Source: Monocercomonoides exilis PA203
Lineage: Eukaryota > Protista > Preaxostyla
NCBI GenBank assembly: GCA_001643675.2
Contig: LSRY02000037.1
Location: forward strand, 124,001-188,000
Direction: 5' to 3'
Length of the DNA stretch: 64,000 nt
The notes beneath the pieces are model-generated. The model saw nothing but the letters and a program-made list of their open reading frames with translations, searched no databases and had not been told where the DNA came from. The first letter of the stretch is position 1. Every line of letters begins with the position of its first letter. Position numbers and translations under genes: made by a program. Shown here piece after piece: positions 40,160 through 53,500 of this stretch.

Positions 40160-43100
40160 ATGAATGAGGAAGATAATTTTATATCCAAACAAAATCTTAA
40201 CAAAAAAATAGAAGAAGTTGTTCATCAATATTACTTCGAGCATAAAGAATTTTTGGAACAGTATTTTTCACAAATCACAAAATTGTTTTCTTCTGGTTTA
40301 TTAAGTTTAAATGCGGTATTTTTATAATAATAACTTCTTACAAAATTAATGGTTATTATAATTACCGATATTATAATTGTTTTTTAAATTAGGAACAATT
40401 GCTTAATGTTCAAGATGAATGTGATGAAGTTTTTCAAAGATTTGCACAACAAATATTATCATTCTTTATTTCTGTTGACACTTCTCCTTCTGTAGAAACG
40501 GTTTGTAACAGTTATTATATTCTGACCTTTTTTATCCTTTCTTTCGATACATTAAATCATTTTTTATAGTTTTGGAAATATTTAAATCAAGTAATTGACC
40601 CTCAGTTTGAATATCTCAAAGCCCAAGTGAAGCAAAGGGATAAAACAATAGAAAATGAAAGAACAATGTTTTCGAAATTACTTTTAAATATGAAGGAGCA
40701 GGTTTGATGTTATTAAAATACCATTCTTTATTATTGATGATCTCTTAAAAATGAAAAAAAAAAGTTATTTCAAAAAGAACGACTTGGAAAATCGTATACC
40801 ATTGAAAATTTTGATCGGTTTCTCGCGGAACTGGGACTTGAAGGATTTAATGCAGGAGATATTTTTTCGTTTGGTATGGGTGGAGGAGCATCAATTGAAA
40901 AACTTGCAACAAAATTCAAGGAAGAAAAGCAAGCACTTGAAAGCCAAATGAAGGTTTGAGAAATTTGCTTTTATGACATTAAATGCATCAAATAAAAATT
41001 ATTAATTTTATTGTTGTTGTTATTTTGTTTTTTTATCTATTTTGAAACAATGAACCATTGGAATTCAATATGCTGCATCCTGCTCTTGTCTCTTGTCAAT
41101 GATTAACTTCGCCTCCAAACTACACTTCAAAAACAAAACATAATTAAAAATGAAAAAAAAAAAATAAATAAATAAAACGAAACAAAATTCTTAATTTCAG
41201 TTGAATGAGCGTATATTTGAAGCAAAGCTCGCTGCGAGTGAGGCAGCGCAGAAGGAAGCTCTGAGTGAATGTGATGAGCGGATGAAGCAGATGGCACTGC
41301 AACACAGCAAGTTAATGACAGAGGCGATGCAAAGACACAAGGAAGAGCTGGAAAAGGCAGTGAAGGCAGAAAAAATAAAAGGAAGAAAAGGGAAAGAAGG
41401 GGAAAATGAAGGAGATTTGCTGCAAAGTGCGATTGATGAGGAGCTTGTGAGGAGCGCAGATGCAGCAGCACAGAGGCAGATGATCAGAGAGAAAGAAGGA
41501 AGAATAGCAGAGCTGGAAGTTGAAGTGACAATGAAAGACAAAGAAATAGAAGAACTGAAGAAGGAGCTGAAGAAGAAGATGATGTTGGTGAATGGAGGGA
41601 AAGAGGAAGCTGAGAAGGGAGAGCAAAATGGTGGGGAGATGAATGGAAAGTCTTCATTGGCAGATTCTTCTGGTGGGAAAGAAGGAAGCAAAGGTGAAAA
41701 TGGAAATGGAAATAAAAGCAGAAAAGGAGAAGGAGAAGAAGAAGGAAGCAATTCTGATTCAACTTGGAATATGCAGTCGCTGATGAGTATCTCAACATCT
41801 CCTCTTCCTTCTTCTTCACAATCATCATCATCCTCTTCTTCTTCTTCTTCCTCTTCCTTCTCTTCTCTTTCTTCTTCTCCTTCTTCTCCAAATGAAATCG
41901 TTTCTCTGAGGAAGAAGCTGAAGGAAGCAGCAGAGCGCATCGAAAAATTGAGTGAAAACGAGCTGAGAATTGCAGAATTGGAAAAGGAGTTAGCCAAATT
42001 CAAAAACAGACAAGAAGCAGACGGAGTTTCTGGTTCAGTTAAAAAAGAAGGGACTGGAAGATCAGATGAGGGAGAAAGTGACGGAAGCGCTGAAGGTGGA
42101 GGGAAGGAGAGAAGAGAAAATGGATCATCATCATCATCATCATCATCATCCTCTTCCTCTTCCTCTTCCACATCTTCATGTTCTGCTGATAATGACAATG
42201 TAGTTTTTGATGATGAAGTCAATGACAACACTGTTAATGCATCTAATCAACCCTCTTCCATCAAAAGCTCTTTGCCTCTTCTTCCGTGCAGTCTGAATGA
42301 GATTTCAGAAGGCGCTGCAAAAGAAAGAGAGCTGAAGCAAAAGAGGGCAGAAACGAACTGGAAGCTGATGGTGACGAAGACCAACCACAAAGAGAAGAAG
42401 AGAATGATGGAGAGTGCGAAGAGGCAGTGGGAGAATGGAGAAGGGAATGGGGAAGGAGATGAAGATGAAGAAGAAGGAGGAAGAGGGGGAAGAGGAAGAG
42501 GAGGGGATGCTGATATTGATGATGGGAAATCTCGAAATGGAGGGAAAAACTCAAATGGAGGAGATCCAAAGAAGGTTAAAGGTACAGCGTCCTCCTCCTC
42601 CTCTTCTTCTTCTTCTTCTTCTTCCCCTTCTCGTTCCTCTGGCTATCCATTCAGCAAGCGCACCACATCCCTCTACACACCCCCGCCTGCGCCTCAGTTC
42701 CTGCAGAACAAACAGGCGAAGCACAAACCGAAGAAGTACAAAGAATACCAATATCTGCACGAGATGGAAGAAAGGCAGCAGCGCGCAGAAGAGAAGCTGC
42801 GGAAGATGCGGATGGAGATTGAAGAGTCGCGACGGAGGAATCTTTTGGGCATATTGGCTGCTGCTCATGTTCTTGTTGGGTCCATTTCTGAAGGAGAAGG
42901 TGGGGATGAATGCGTTGAGGGGTCAGAAGGAGCAGAAGCAGTGGGGATAACAGGAATAACTGAAAGAGGAGAAAGAGGAGAAAGAAGAGAAAGAGGAGAA
43001 GGAGAAGAGACTGATAGGGAGAAAGATGGAAGAGGTGGGACAAGAGGAACAAGAGAAATGGGAGGAAGTGGAGGAGAAGGAGGAGAAGGAAGAGAAGGAG

Positions 43101-44992
43101 GAAGAGAATCAACCTCAACTTCAACATCAACAGCAGCAGCAACAACAACAACAGGAGCAGCAACAGGAGCTTTGAGCAGATTGGGAGAAGGCAGAGAACG
43201 CAGGATACTTCCTCCTTCTCCTTCTCATTCGCATTCTCCTTCACATTCTCCTTCACATTCACATTCACCGTCACATTCATTTGCTCTTCTGGGAAAGCAA
43301 ACATCTTCTTCTTCTCTGCTCTCTTTGCATTCTTCTCGTTCTCCTCAATCTCCTCAAAGATTGACGCCAATGTTGAGTCGTGCTTCAACTTCGCAGTCTT
43401 TGATTGCTCCTTCTCTCACTTCTGCTCCATTGGCAAATACATTTTCGCATTCTCTTTCTCCTTCTTCTTCTGCTTTCCATTCACATTCTTCTTCATTCTC
43501 AACTTCTCCTTTGCTTTCACCAACAAGAGTTACTGCTTCTTCTTCACTTTCTCCCTCATCTCCATGTGCATTTGTTTCTTCTTCTCTTTCTCCTTCTTCT
43601 TCTTCTCATTCTCCTTCTTCTTCTTCTTCTGATATTCCATTGGCATATACCATTGATAACAGCACATTTTCAAGTTCTTCTATCAAAGAAGATGAACATC
43701 TCCATTCAAACAACGAAAACCACTCAATTTTCACTGAAATTAAAAACAACAAAGATCATTTAGATTTAACAAGTTCATCGAATTCATTAAATTCATCGAA
43801 ATGTGCTGTAAATCCATCAAGTTGCATTCAAGAAAAGACGAATGAATTTGCTTCAACAGAAAATAATCGTGAGCGTTCTGTTGGTTTGGATGGCAGCAAT
43901 GCTTCTTTATCTTCATCGCAAACATCTGCAGAAGAAGAAGAAAAGATTACTTCAACTTCCTCCTCCTCTTCTTCTCCCTCACTTTCTTCTTCCTCCTCCT
44001 CTTCTTCTTCTAATTCTAATTCTTCTTCTTCTTTATCTCCTCCATCTGTTTCTTCTTCTTCTTCTTCTTCTTCTTCTTCTTTATCTCCTCCATCTGTTTC
44101 AAAACCCCGCTCAACAACTTTATTGCCTTCAACATATGGTGACCCACTTTCTCATCCTTCTCATCCTTCTCCTTCTCCTCCTTCGTTTGATTTGAACCCC
44201 GTTCAGATTAATTCATTGGCTTCTCGATTGGTTTTGTCATCATCATCATCATCATCTTCTTCTTCTTCTCACTCATTTCCTTCTGACACTTCTTCCTCTT
44301 CCTCTTCCTCTATTTCCTCTTCTTCTTCTTTTTTTTCTTCTTCTTCTTCTTCTTCTGCTTCTGCTTCTTCTGCTTCTGCTTCCTCTTCTTCCAATCCATC
44401 CAATTCTTCTTCCTTTGCACGTTCACCAACATCTCCAAGAACTGTCCTGCCTTCTCTTTCATTTCACTCCTCTCATTCTCCGAAGACTAAGCCACAACGC
44501 ACTTCAGAACCTTTGGTGCTTCCATCATTACACATTTCATCATCTTCTTCATCTTCATCATCATCATCTCAATCATCTTCATCGCCTTCTTCTTCATCTC
44601 CTTCTTCTCATTTTCCTCCTCCTCCTCCTCCTCATTCATCAGATTTATTATCAACTACTCGTTCTTCTTCCTCTCCTTTTTCCTCTTCCTCTTCCTCTTC
44701 CTCTTCCTCTTCTTCTTCCTCTTCTTCCTCTTCCTCCACATCCATCAACCACAATCCTTCCAAAGAACTCAGAATTGTCTGTGAATCTGTGATGCAAACA
44801 GAGGCCAGCCAGCAAAGTGTGTCTGATGCTCGCCAAAGAATCGCTCTTCCTCCGCTCTGTTTGCCTCCCTCGCCGAAAGCTGGCTCTGAAATGCAGTCAT
44901 CAACAGCGAGAACGAGGAAATCTTCTGTTTCTGGGAGTTGTGATGATGATGCATTGAGAATAAGTGATTGCTTTTCTACTACTACTACTTCT

Positions 44993-45024
<32 letters not shown>

Positions 45025-45256
45025 TTCTTCTTCCTCCTCATCCTCAACTCATTCTTCATCATCACCTTCATCATCATCATCATCATCGTCTTCTTCTTCT
45101 TCTTCTGGCAGATGTCTATCTCCACAAAGCTCTGCTGCTCCACAGCCTCTTCCGGATATACGTCTGAATGAGCATCCATCCCCTCGTTTCGTAAGCGATG
45201 TTCCTTCTCTCACAGCTGTTTCTCTTTCACAAATGAAACAGAGAGAAAGCTTTTGA
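40160..45256 (+). CDS. Hypothetical ~1,546-aa protein with N-terminal coiled coil and a long Ser/Pro-rich disordered C-terminus; exons 40160-40315, 40393-40500, 40570-40701, 40765-40953, 41201-45256
   Basis: Four phase-0 GT..AG introns join stop-free exons (MNEEDNF..., EQLLNV..., FWKYLN..., LFQKER...) to the 1,351-aa ORF, which begins right after TTTCAG. Heptad-like EK-rich segments; no family recognised. Confidence 0.72.
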
Positions 45257-45382
45257 ATGATGATGAGAAGAGGAAAGGAATGGCAACTGCAAATGTGTGG
45301 CTGAACATCTGGATTTGTTGAATATATTTCGATAATATCTCTCGTTTCTGTTTTCTTTTTTCTTTTTTTTCTTTCTTTCTTT

Positions 45383-45592
<210 letters not shown>

Positions 45593-46332
45593 AAAAAATT
45601 CAAAACCTTTTTTATTTTTGTTGTTAAATAAACTGAGAATGGAATTTTTCAGAATATTTTGATTTTTGTGAACTCAAGTTATTTTCTTTTATTCAAATGA
45701 GAATGATACACCAAAAATAATTCAAAATCGAAAAAAAATAATTCATTTTCGTAAAAGAATGATTCAATTTCGTAATTTATTAATTCGATTTCGAAAAAGA
45801 ATAATTCGATTTCGAAAATGAATACTTCAATTTCGAAATTCATTTAAAACCGAAAATTTTAGTTTGTCTTGAGAATGGATTTCAGAAATTTTCAAGTTGT
45901 TTTTTAATCAATCAAATATTTTTACTCAAATAACTGTTTTTTTTAATAGAAATATGAATCTAATCATTTTTTTGAATTTTTTTATTCATTTTCGTAAATC
46001 ATCACTGAAATGAAAGAAATTTCAAAAAAATTATTTCTATTGAATTATAAAATAAAAATATTTTAATTTCAATCACGTTTATTGAAAAATAAAAAACAAG
46101 AATTTTTTCACCAATAGAAAAAAATTTTATTCTTTGGTATTAATATTTTAATCATCAATTTTTAATATGAAAATGAATTCATTTTCTTTTCAAATTTACT
46201 TCAAAATAAAATATTTTCTATCAAAATGAATGAAAATTATTTGAAGAAAATACATAATTTTTCAAATATTCAAAAACAAAGTGAATTGATGAAATACTAA
46301 TTAGTTGAATTAAAAACCCAAAATTCAAGTTA

Positions 46333-48343
46333 GGGTTATTATTTTATCCTGACAATTTCACTTTATTCTGACCCAAAAAAATAAAGTGAAAAAAATTCAA
46401 AAAACAACATGATAAAAAGAAAACAAAATCAGAATTAATTCTTCTGATAACTTTCATTTTTCCTTCAGCTTGATTTAATGCATGATCTTTCTTTTCATCA
46501 TCAGGATTATCGTTTTTGATGTGGATGAATTTTTTTATTTTTTTTCTTTTAATCCACTGCAGTCTTTTTTTCATCTTTCTCCTTTTCATCCATTTCATTT
46601 TTCTTTTCAATATTCATTTTCAAATGATTTTCCCATTTCTCTTAAAGATTTTCTTCGGTTATCACTTTTCCATAAAAGTTGAATCTATTTCTTCGGGATG
46701 GAAGAGTGAAAATCGAAGATTCGGGCAGTTTCAAAAGAACTGGCCCAGAAGAATAGTGAAGAACACCACTGCAGCCGAAAGCTAAGTGAATTACAGAAGG
46801 AGATAATGCAGTGTGGATGGCTTGAGGCAGAACGTCTGAAATTGCTGCTCGTTTGGATAAAGATGAAGAAGAAGATGGAGCCTCAAATCTGTTTGTCAGT
46901 TCAGATTTGAACACAGCAAACACTCCTCTGTCCAGTGGTTGACAGATGTGTGTGCTGTATGGCACAAAGGTTAAAACGTCGACTTGTTGTTTTTGGAATT
47001 CTTGCCAGATCGAAGGATCTGCGCAAGATGCATGCGAATCAAGAAGGAGAAGAATGTGTTCGTTTTCAAGTGACATGCGCTTTTTTCTTTCGATGATCGA
47101 AGGTAGAAGAACAGTGAGAGCACACCTTTTGAAGCACTCGTTGTCCATCCAGCCGCTTCCATTTGTCCATATCTCAAGAGTTGGGGATAAAAGGCTTTTC
47201 AGCTCCTCTGGAAGGTTGACACTTGACCATAGAATAATAAAAGGAAAGGCATATCCATCCGCTGCAACAGCTGCAACGTATGTTATATAAATCATTCTTG
47301 GTTGTTCTTTCGTGAAACCTGCTTTCGTATCTGCAGTATGCACAATAAGCTGTTTTGAGTTTGTAGGAACGCGCGTTGAAGATTCGTCGATGTTTATAAT
47401 TAAAGCTGGATTGAAATGGTATTTTTCGTGCAGCTCGTCGAGTGTTTAACACCAGGATTTTAAAACACTTCTGCACGAAACAGCCAGTCTGTTGATGTCC
47501 ATATTCTTTGGCGTTCCAGTCATCAGCTCAGGATGACGCTTGACAAATCCATACGTTGCTGACATTGAAACTTCCGCAAATGGTGCGTCTTCTTCATCGT
47601 TATCGTTTATTACATTTTCTATCTGAAAAACAAATGATTAAAACATATTAATAAAAATAAAGCAAACCAATTCTCTTGTTTTTTTTAAAGTTAAACATGT
47701 TCCAGACTTTGCTTCAATGTGAATAATATCCAAAACTCTATGTTCCTTTTTTCCGACAACTGCTGCAGGTCTGCCAATTTTATAAACCAACCTTCCTTTT
47801 CTCAGCGCTCCAACTACGTTCTTAATACCAGTGTAACTGAATTCTTTGGAATTAATCGCATCTGTGATATGAACAACTCCATCATCAACGATGTGAGCCA
47901 CTCGCTCCAGCCGACTATTGCATTTTCAATACTTGCGTAAAGACATTGCTCTTTGCAATTTTTTCTGACCTTCTTTTATTTTTGTTTCTGTGGATATTTT
48001 CTTTTTTTTAATAATATTTTTAAGATCATAATAATTTTTTATTTTTTTGATTGAAATGAAATTTAAAAGATTCAAAAAAATAACATTTCAAACAAACAGA
48101 AGGTTTTATGCCCCATGAAACCCTCCAATTCCACATAAAAGTTCAATGAAGAGGCTAAACCCCTTCATCCCCCTCCCCCCCATGCGAAATTTGGTTTGTT
48201 TCAAAATGTATTTATTTTTATCTATTGAATTCATAAATATACAAAAAATTCTAAAAAAAAATATGAAATTGTGGGAAAAGTTGATGATTAATTAAAAAAA
48301 AAAGGTCTTGATAAAAAAAAAGTTCAAGATAAAATTATAACCC
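46333..48343 (-). mobile_element. Inner ~2.0-kb pogo/Fot-like DNA transposon (TA|GGGTTA...TAACCC|TA) carrying the transposase
   Basis: TA|GGGTTATTATTTTATCCTGACAATTTCACTTTATTCTGACC versus right end (reverse complement) TA|GGGTTATAATTTTATCTTGAACTTTTTTTTATCAAGACC. The pair tightly brackets the transposase reading frame. Confidence 0.68.
46642..47946 (-). pseudogene. Decayed pogo/Fot-like DD35D transposase with a 45-nt intron (47623-47667) and in-frame stops
   Basis: Reconstructed frame: MSLRKY*KCNSR...GRP...TREL|IENV...FVKRHPEL...SWC*...IINIDES...NGSGWMD...LLLLDSHAS...PYSTHICQPLDRGVF, with 35 residues between the 2nd and 3rd Asp. Stops at 47926-47928 (TGA) and 47446-47448 (TAA). Coding-like sequence continues past the TAA at 46642. 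Confidence 0.85.
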
Positions 48344-50596
48344 TATTCATTCCACAAATTTAAAAAATATTCATTTTCGAAATCGAATTATTCTTTTTCG
48401 AATTTGAATAATTTTTGGTGTATTATCTTAAAAAAAAAAAAAGAATTTCGCTCTTTCGACGGAGACGAATCGCTTCATTTTTCCTTGTCGCAAAGGCCTA
48501 TCTGTAATACATGTTTGATTTGTAATTCAAAAATCAAAAAGTTTTTTGCGTCATTGAATCAAATAATAATTTACCATGTGATTTTCATGAATTTGAATAA
48601 AAAAAGAATGAAAATCATCACAAATTGAAAATATTTGGTTCAAAAATTCTCAAGTTTTTTAAAAATTATATATTATTTCAATTCCATAACATGCCGAAAG
48701 ATTGTTATGAGAGTGATAAATTGAAAACCTGAACCATAATGAAATCAATAATTCATATTCTTTTGAAAAAGGTTTATTTTAGTCCATCGCAACATTTTTT
48801 CCCACAAAACGATAATCTATGAGTGATACATATTATGTGTGTTGTACTATTTGATTAATTTTATTCAAAAACACATGTAAACGTGTTTTTCTTCAGATTA
48901 AAGAATTGCTTCAGCCAAATGGTAGCAGAAGAGTCCTGTTTTTGAATCCTGAAGCACACTCTAAAAATAATGATGAAAAGCTAAGAACATGATGGTACAG
49001 CTGATTTTAAGATTGAAGTCACTGAAAAAACAATTTTTTCAATAATTGTTGAAACTGATGGTGTGCTATTTATATTTCGCTGAATTGATTAACATGAACC
49101 GCTTAGAAATTTCTGCCATGCTTGAATGCGAAATGGTGATATTTTATTATAAGAATTCAGAAATGATCTAGAAATTTAACTTCATTCTATTCAAAAATCT
49201 GTCTCACAATTATTAGAAAGCCAAACTCCTTGTCAAAAGGAAAGTGCATGAATAGAAAAGAAGAGTATGCTTTTGTCGATTTCCCCCACCGAAAACTGAG
49301 GCAATGTTATCCGAACACAGAATAATTTTAAAGTTGATGAAAAGACACTTTTGCGAGAAATCCACATCACACCGAACGAAAAAATGCAAAAGTCAATGAA
49401 ACAATAAGGAGCAAATGCAAAAATTGGAAGCGAACTCTGAAGAATAGCAAATAATGAGACAACGGCTGATGATAAGCGAAATGAAAGAAATATCAAGGGA
49501 TCTGAAATCAAATTTGATGAAAGTTGCAAGCTACACGATAGCCAAGCGAAATTTCATACGAAAAATCCAACTAAATGCAAATGAAAGTCAAAGCGGAAGG
49601 TTTTATTTGTTTTTTTATTTCATTTTATTTGTCGAATCATCTTTCCATGTTTACATTTTAACGTTCCAAAATCAAAAATTTTTGGAATCCCAATAGAAAT
49701 GCTTCCAGTCAGAAGAAATGGAAATGACTAAAAAATCCCATTACCGCTTCTATCAGGTTCATTTTCAGGATTTCGGATTTGCGGATACATATTTGTGCAG
49801 CTTGGTTTTTTTTAAAACAATAATTGAAACTGGATTCTGTTGTGAAATTGACTTTTTCGTTGATTTCTGAATTTTTATTCGATTATTTTTTTCTTTGTTC
49901 ATCGAATGTTATGCGAGCATTTTTCAGATGTGGAATTAATCATGAAGGCTACTGCCGATAACAAAATAAAGTCGGTGCTTTTATTTCCCCAACAAATTGG
50001 AACGTCACAGAAACTTTCATGCAACACTCAATATTTCGTTGGATTATTTTTGAAAACAAAAAGAACAGTCAGAAAAATGTGAACTGACTTTGATATCTTC
50101 AAAATTTTCCTTATACAAAGATGAAAGCTGGCTTGCACTCAGTACTTGGTGGGATTTTTGAGCAAATCTTGAGGTTTCAGATGACTTTGGACTTCAATTC
50201 ACAGCATTGATTTTTCAATGGGTTTTTGTTGAAGGTGTTTCTCTTTCGCAATTTCAGTTTCTTCAGAGAAAACGTATCAATTCACAACTATTTCAAATTC
50301 AGGCACATCATTTTATTTTCATGTTCAATGGCAAACAACTCAAGACCTACTAAATGGAGTTCATTTTTTCTCCGATTATTTAATCTTCCATGATGTCATG
50401 TGAAGAGATGCAAACGCTATCATCCGATAAAGTTATCTTCCAAACACGAAAAGACTGAGAGACATTGAAAATTGCAGAAATACTTATCATTATGAAATGG
50501 TTTCAACAGAACCAGATGTTGAATTGAACACTTTAATCAGCATATCATTTAATTTGGGGCTTGGGATCCACGTGCCATAATTAGGTTGTTATACAA

Positions 50597-53500
50597 ATGC
50601 CAAAACCTAATTTTCTTATGGAATCAACAAAGGACACATTTCTACGAGTTGTATTTTGCTGCGCTTTTCTATCTATCATATGCCAGCAAAGTTTTTCAAA
50701 AGAGTTTCAATATTCAACAATGATTGACCATCAGAACAACGATGATTTCTATTTATCCGAAAAAGAATTGATAAGGAAATTTATGTCCAGTAATTGTTGT
50801 ACCGAAACATCTTTTGTTGATTCGCAGATAATAAATGCGAAAGAGAAGCAAATAAATCAGTTTTCTCAGAAACAAACAACTTTAAACGATTATCTCCTCG
50901 TGAGTAATGCAACTCTGATGATTAAGAAAGCATTTATGATGCAAAAACAATTTGGTGGCGTTGCAAAAACGAACAGAAATTCACTGTTTTGGTGCCAAGA
51001 TTGTTCTCTGATATTCTCCAGTTTCGAAAATGCATCTACTTTTGAAGCATGTGGAGGATGTTTGAGGCTGCAGAATGTTAGCGTTACAAAGTTTTGCCCA
51101 TTCAAAGAAATCTTGCCGTTGACCTGCGGAAGAAACGATGTGTATTCGCAGCATCAACCAAAAATTAAATTCGGAAATTGTGAGTTTAATTCGTTGTTTA
51201 CTGAAAGGCAAACGTCGATTCTCGGGTGTGGAGATGTTGAAGACCTGGAAATCCATGAATGCAGTTTTCTGAACATTTCACAAAAATTCACCAAATATAA
51301 CACAAAGCACAGATATTGCTCATCATCAAAGTGGATTGGCTGCAGCGTTTATTCATCAATGTTCCACGGATGCAGCAATGCACAGTTTGGGTCTATTATT
51401 GTTCCGACCAACGAGAAACTGTTATTATTGAACTCTTCCTTTGAAGATTGTTCTGTAACACATTCGCCGCAAAACGGAACTGAGAATGCATATTCCACAG
51501 GAGATGTTATTGCCTCTTCTGTTATCTTCTCAGACTTGTCAAGCTCAACAACAGTTGGATTAGCTATGCGCCTTTCTGGTAATGCAACTCTGAGAGCGAC
51601 AAATTGCTCATTTTTGAATGTGAATTCTTCACTTGTGAACGAAGGTTTGTATGGTGGAGCTGTTTCTCATATCGGAAATGGATTTCATTTTTCATATGGT
51701 TGCAATTATTCGAATTGTTCTGCTGGATATGCTGGTGGTGGTTTGAACTCGAGATCTTCAGCTATTCAGAGTGTTAAATGTTGTATTTTTGAGCATTGCA
51801 AAAGTCGTCATTATTCTGGATTATTTTGTTATTATCAGTCAAATGGAACAGTATTTGCCAACAATTATGTTCTTTATTGCATTGCAAGCTATTATACAGC
51901 TGGGATGGGAGTTTGCTTCACCAAATGTTATCCAATTTTATCAGAATGCGTTTTTGGCTTTTGTGAAAATAATGCAAATTATGGAACACTTTCTTTTGTG
52001 TGGGAAAGTGCAAACAATACCACAGGAATTGTTCAAATTTCTTTTTGTTATTTTGAAAACAACACAATCGGTGCGACTGATTGTGGATGCGATATTTCGT
52101 CTTGGGGAAATAAGATTTATGATGAAAAGGTGATTTTTGATTCATTTGTTTCGTCTTATTCATCTAGTACACAGCCATGTCGCGTAACCATTGGATGGGC
52201 TGATAGAAGCGAATGGCTTCCGCTACTTCCAGAAACTGCACCATATGTGTTTGTTTCCTCGATATTTGGAGATGACAATAAAGAAAACTGCGGGTTTGGA
52301 GGGATTCCATGTGAAACAATACCCAAAGGAATGCTGAAAAGAACGAATTCACAGCCGCTGATTGTGGAAGAAGGTAGTTATATCCATGACGAAATAGCTG
52401 TGTCTTCAACAAATGTGACTCTGAGAGGAGAAGATCCAGAAACGTCAACACTGATATCGAGCAATACAGAAGAAGGAAAAGCGCTGTTTGATGTCACTGT
52501 TGGATATCTTTCTATTTCCCGTTTCACAGTCATTCATTCAAACAAAAATTCGAATCCTGGGTCTGCTGTTCTGAGGATGAGAGGAAATGGAAAGATTGAG
52601 ATATCAGATTCGATTTTTCGAGGTGAAGAAGCTGGAAGTGTTGCATCGACAACTTCAATGATAATTCTCGAAGGTGGAGAAACAACAATGAACTCAGTTT
52701 CATTTTCTCTATTCACAAGCATGTGCCAACTTGTATCCTTCTCAACTCCGTCTCAACTTTCTGTTAAGTCAGTTGTGTTTGATTCTGTAAGAAGAACGGT
52801 TGGAAATGGAGCGATATTTGAAGGAAGATTGAAGAATAATGAGATATGCGAGATGAACAACATAACATTTTCAGGATGTGAGTGCTCAGAAGGAAATGGT
52901 GGAGGAATATGGATGGAACTGGAAAGAGGTTCGATGTTCTTTGTGGGAAACACTTCTGATGGAAGCGGAACAGTTGTGTTATCCGGTTGTAAAGCAAAAC
53001 AGAAATCTGCATCTAATTTATGTGGATGCGGAGGGGGCATATATCTTTGGGTTGGAGATGAAGCAGATACGTTTGCGCTGAAAAGAGTTCGATTCAACGA
53101 TTGCAAAGCTTCGAAAGGCAATAATGTATTTGTTAATGCATCAAGATTGATAGGGCTGGTCAACACAGCTACAATCGGGTTTAATCTGTCGTTGTCGGAC
53201 TTTGACTGTGCAAGAGGATCTGAAAGATCAACAACAGGAGATGAGTTCTGGATTCCACTGGTTGTGTATCTGTGGAGTAATTTGACCACATTTGCTCATG
53301 TTGGAGGGACAGAAGGTGCAGATTTCAGCAGATGTGGTTTTGCTGAAATCCCTTGTGAAACAATTGGGCAAGCAGTTAGTGTTAGGTTTGAAGAGAAGAA
53401 TCGATACATTGAACTCCACAACCCATTTGTCTTAAAAGAGGAGCTGAATCTGAAAGGATATGAATGGATGATCATGGCGAGTTTGAATGGAACGTCAATT

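Larger units (their letters stand above)
45709..48420. mobile_element. Outer TIR element (TA|CACC...GGTG|TA) with subterminal tandem repeats, enclosing the pogo-like transposon
   Basis: Left end: TA|CACCAAAAATAATTCAAAATCGAAAAAAAATAATTC, followed by TTCGAAAAAGAATAATTCGAT-type repeats to ~45840. Right end (reverse complement): TA|CACCAAAAATTATTCAAATTCGAAAAAGAATAATTCGATTTCGAAAATGAATA. Confidence 0.8.

Noticed and set aside
45715-45840. CRISPR-like or iteron-like repeat array
   Set aside because: Short adjacent degenerate repeats with no unique spacers and no cas genes, in a eukaryotic context. They are explained as subterminal transposon repeats.
46331-46338. TTAGGG telomere-like seed or hAT-type TAGGG terminus
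   Set aside because: Single unit only and no 8-bp TSD. It is better explained as a TA duplication plus the GGGTTA TIR of a pogo-like element.
46642-47448. Alternative genetic code (TAA/TAG = Gln) for the host genome
   Set aside because: Multi-thousand-codon ORFs contain no in-frame TAA/TAG, and conserved genes (DcpS, SR protein, copine) end at TAA.
48430-50590. Possible gene or element in the spacer upstream of the 4,011-aa receptor; also the ORF at 63018-63356
   Set aside because: Only short ORFs without recognisable motifs, splice-consistent models or terminal repeats could be found by eye.
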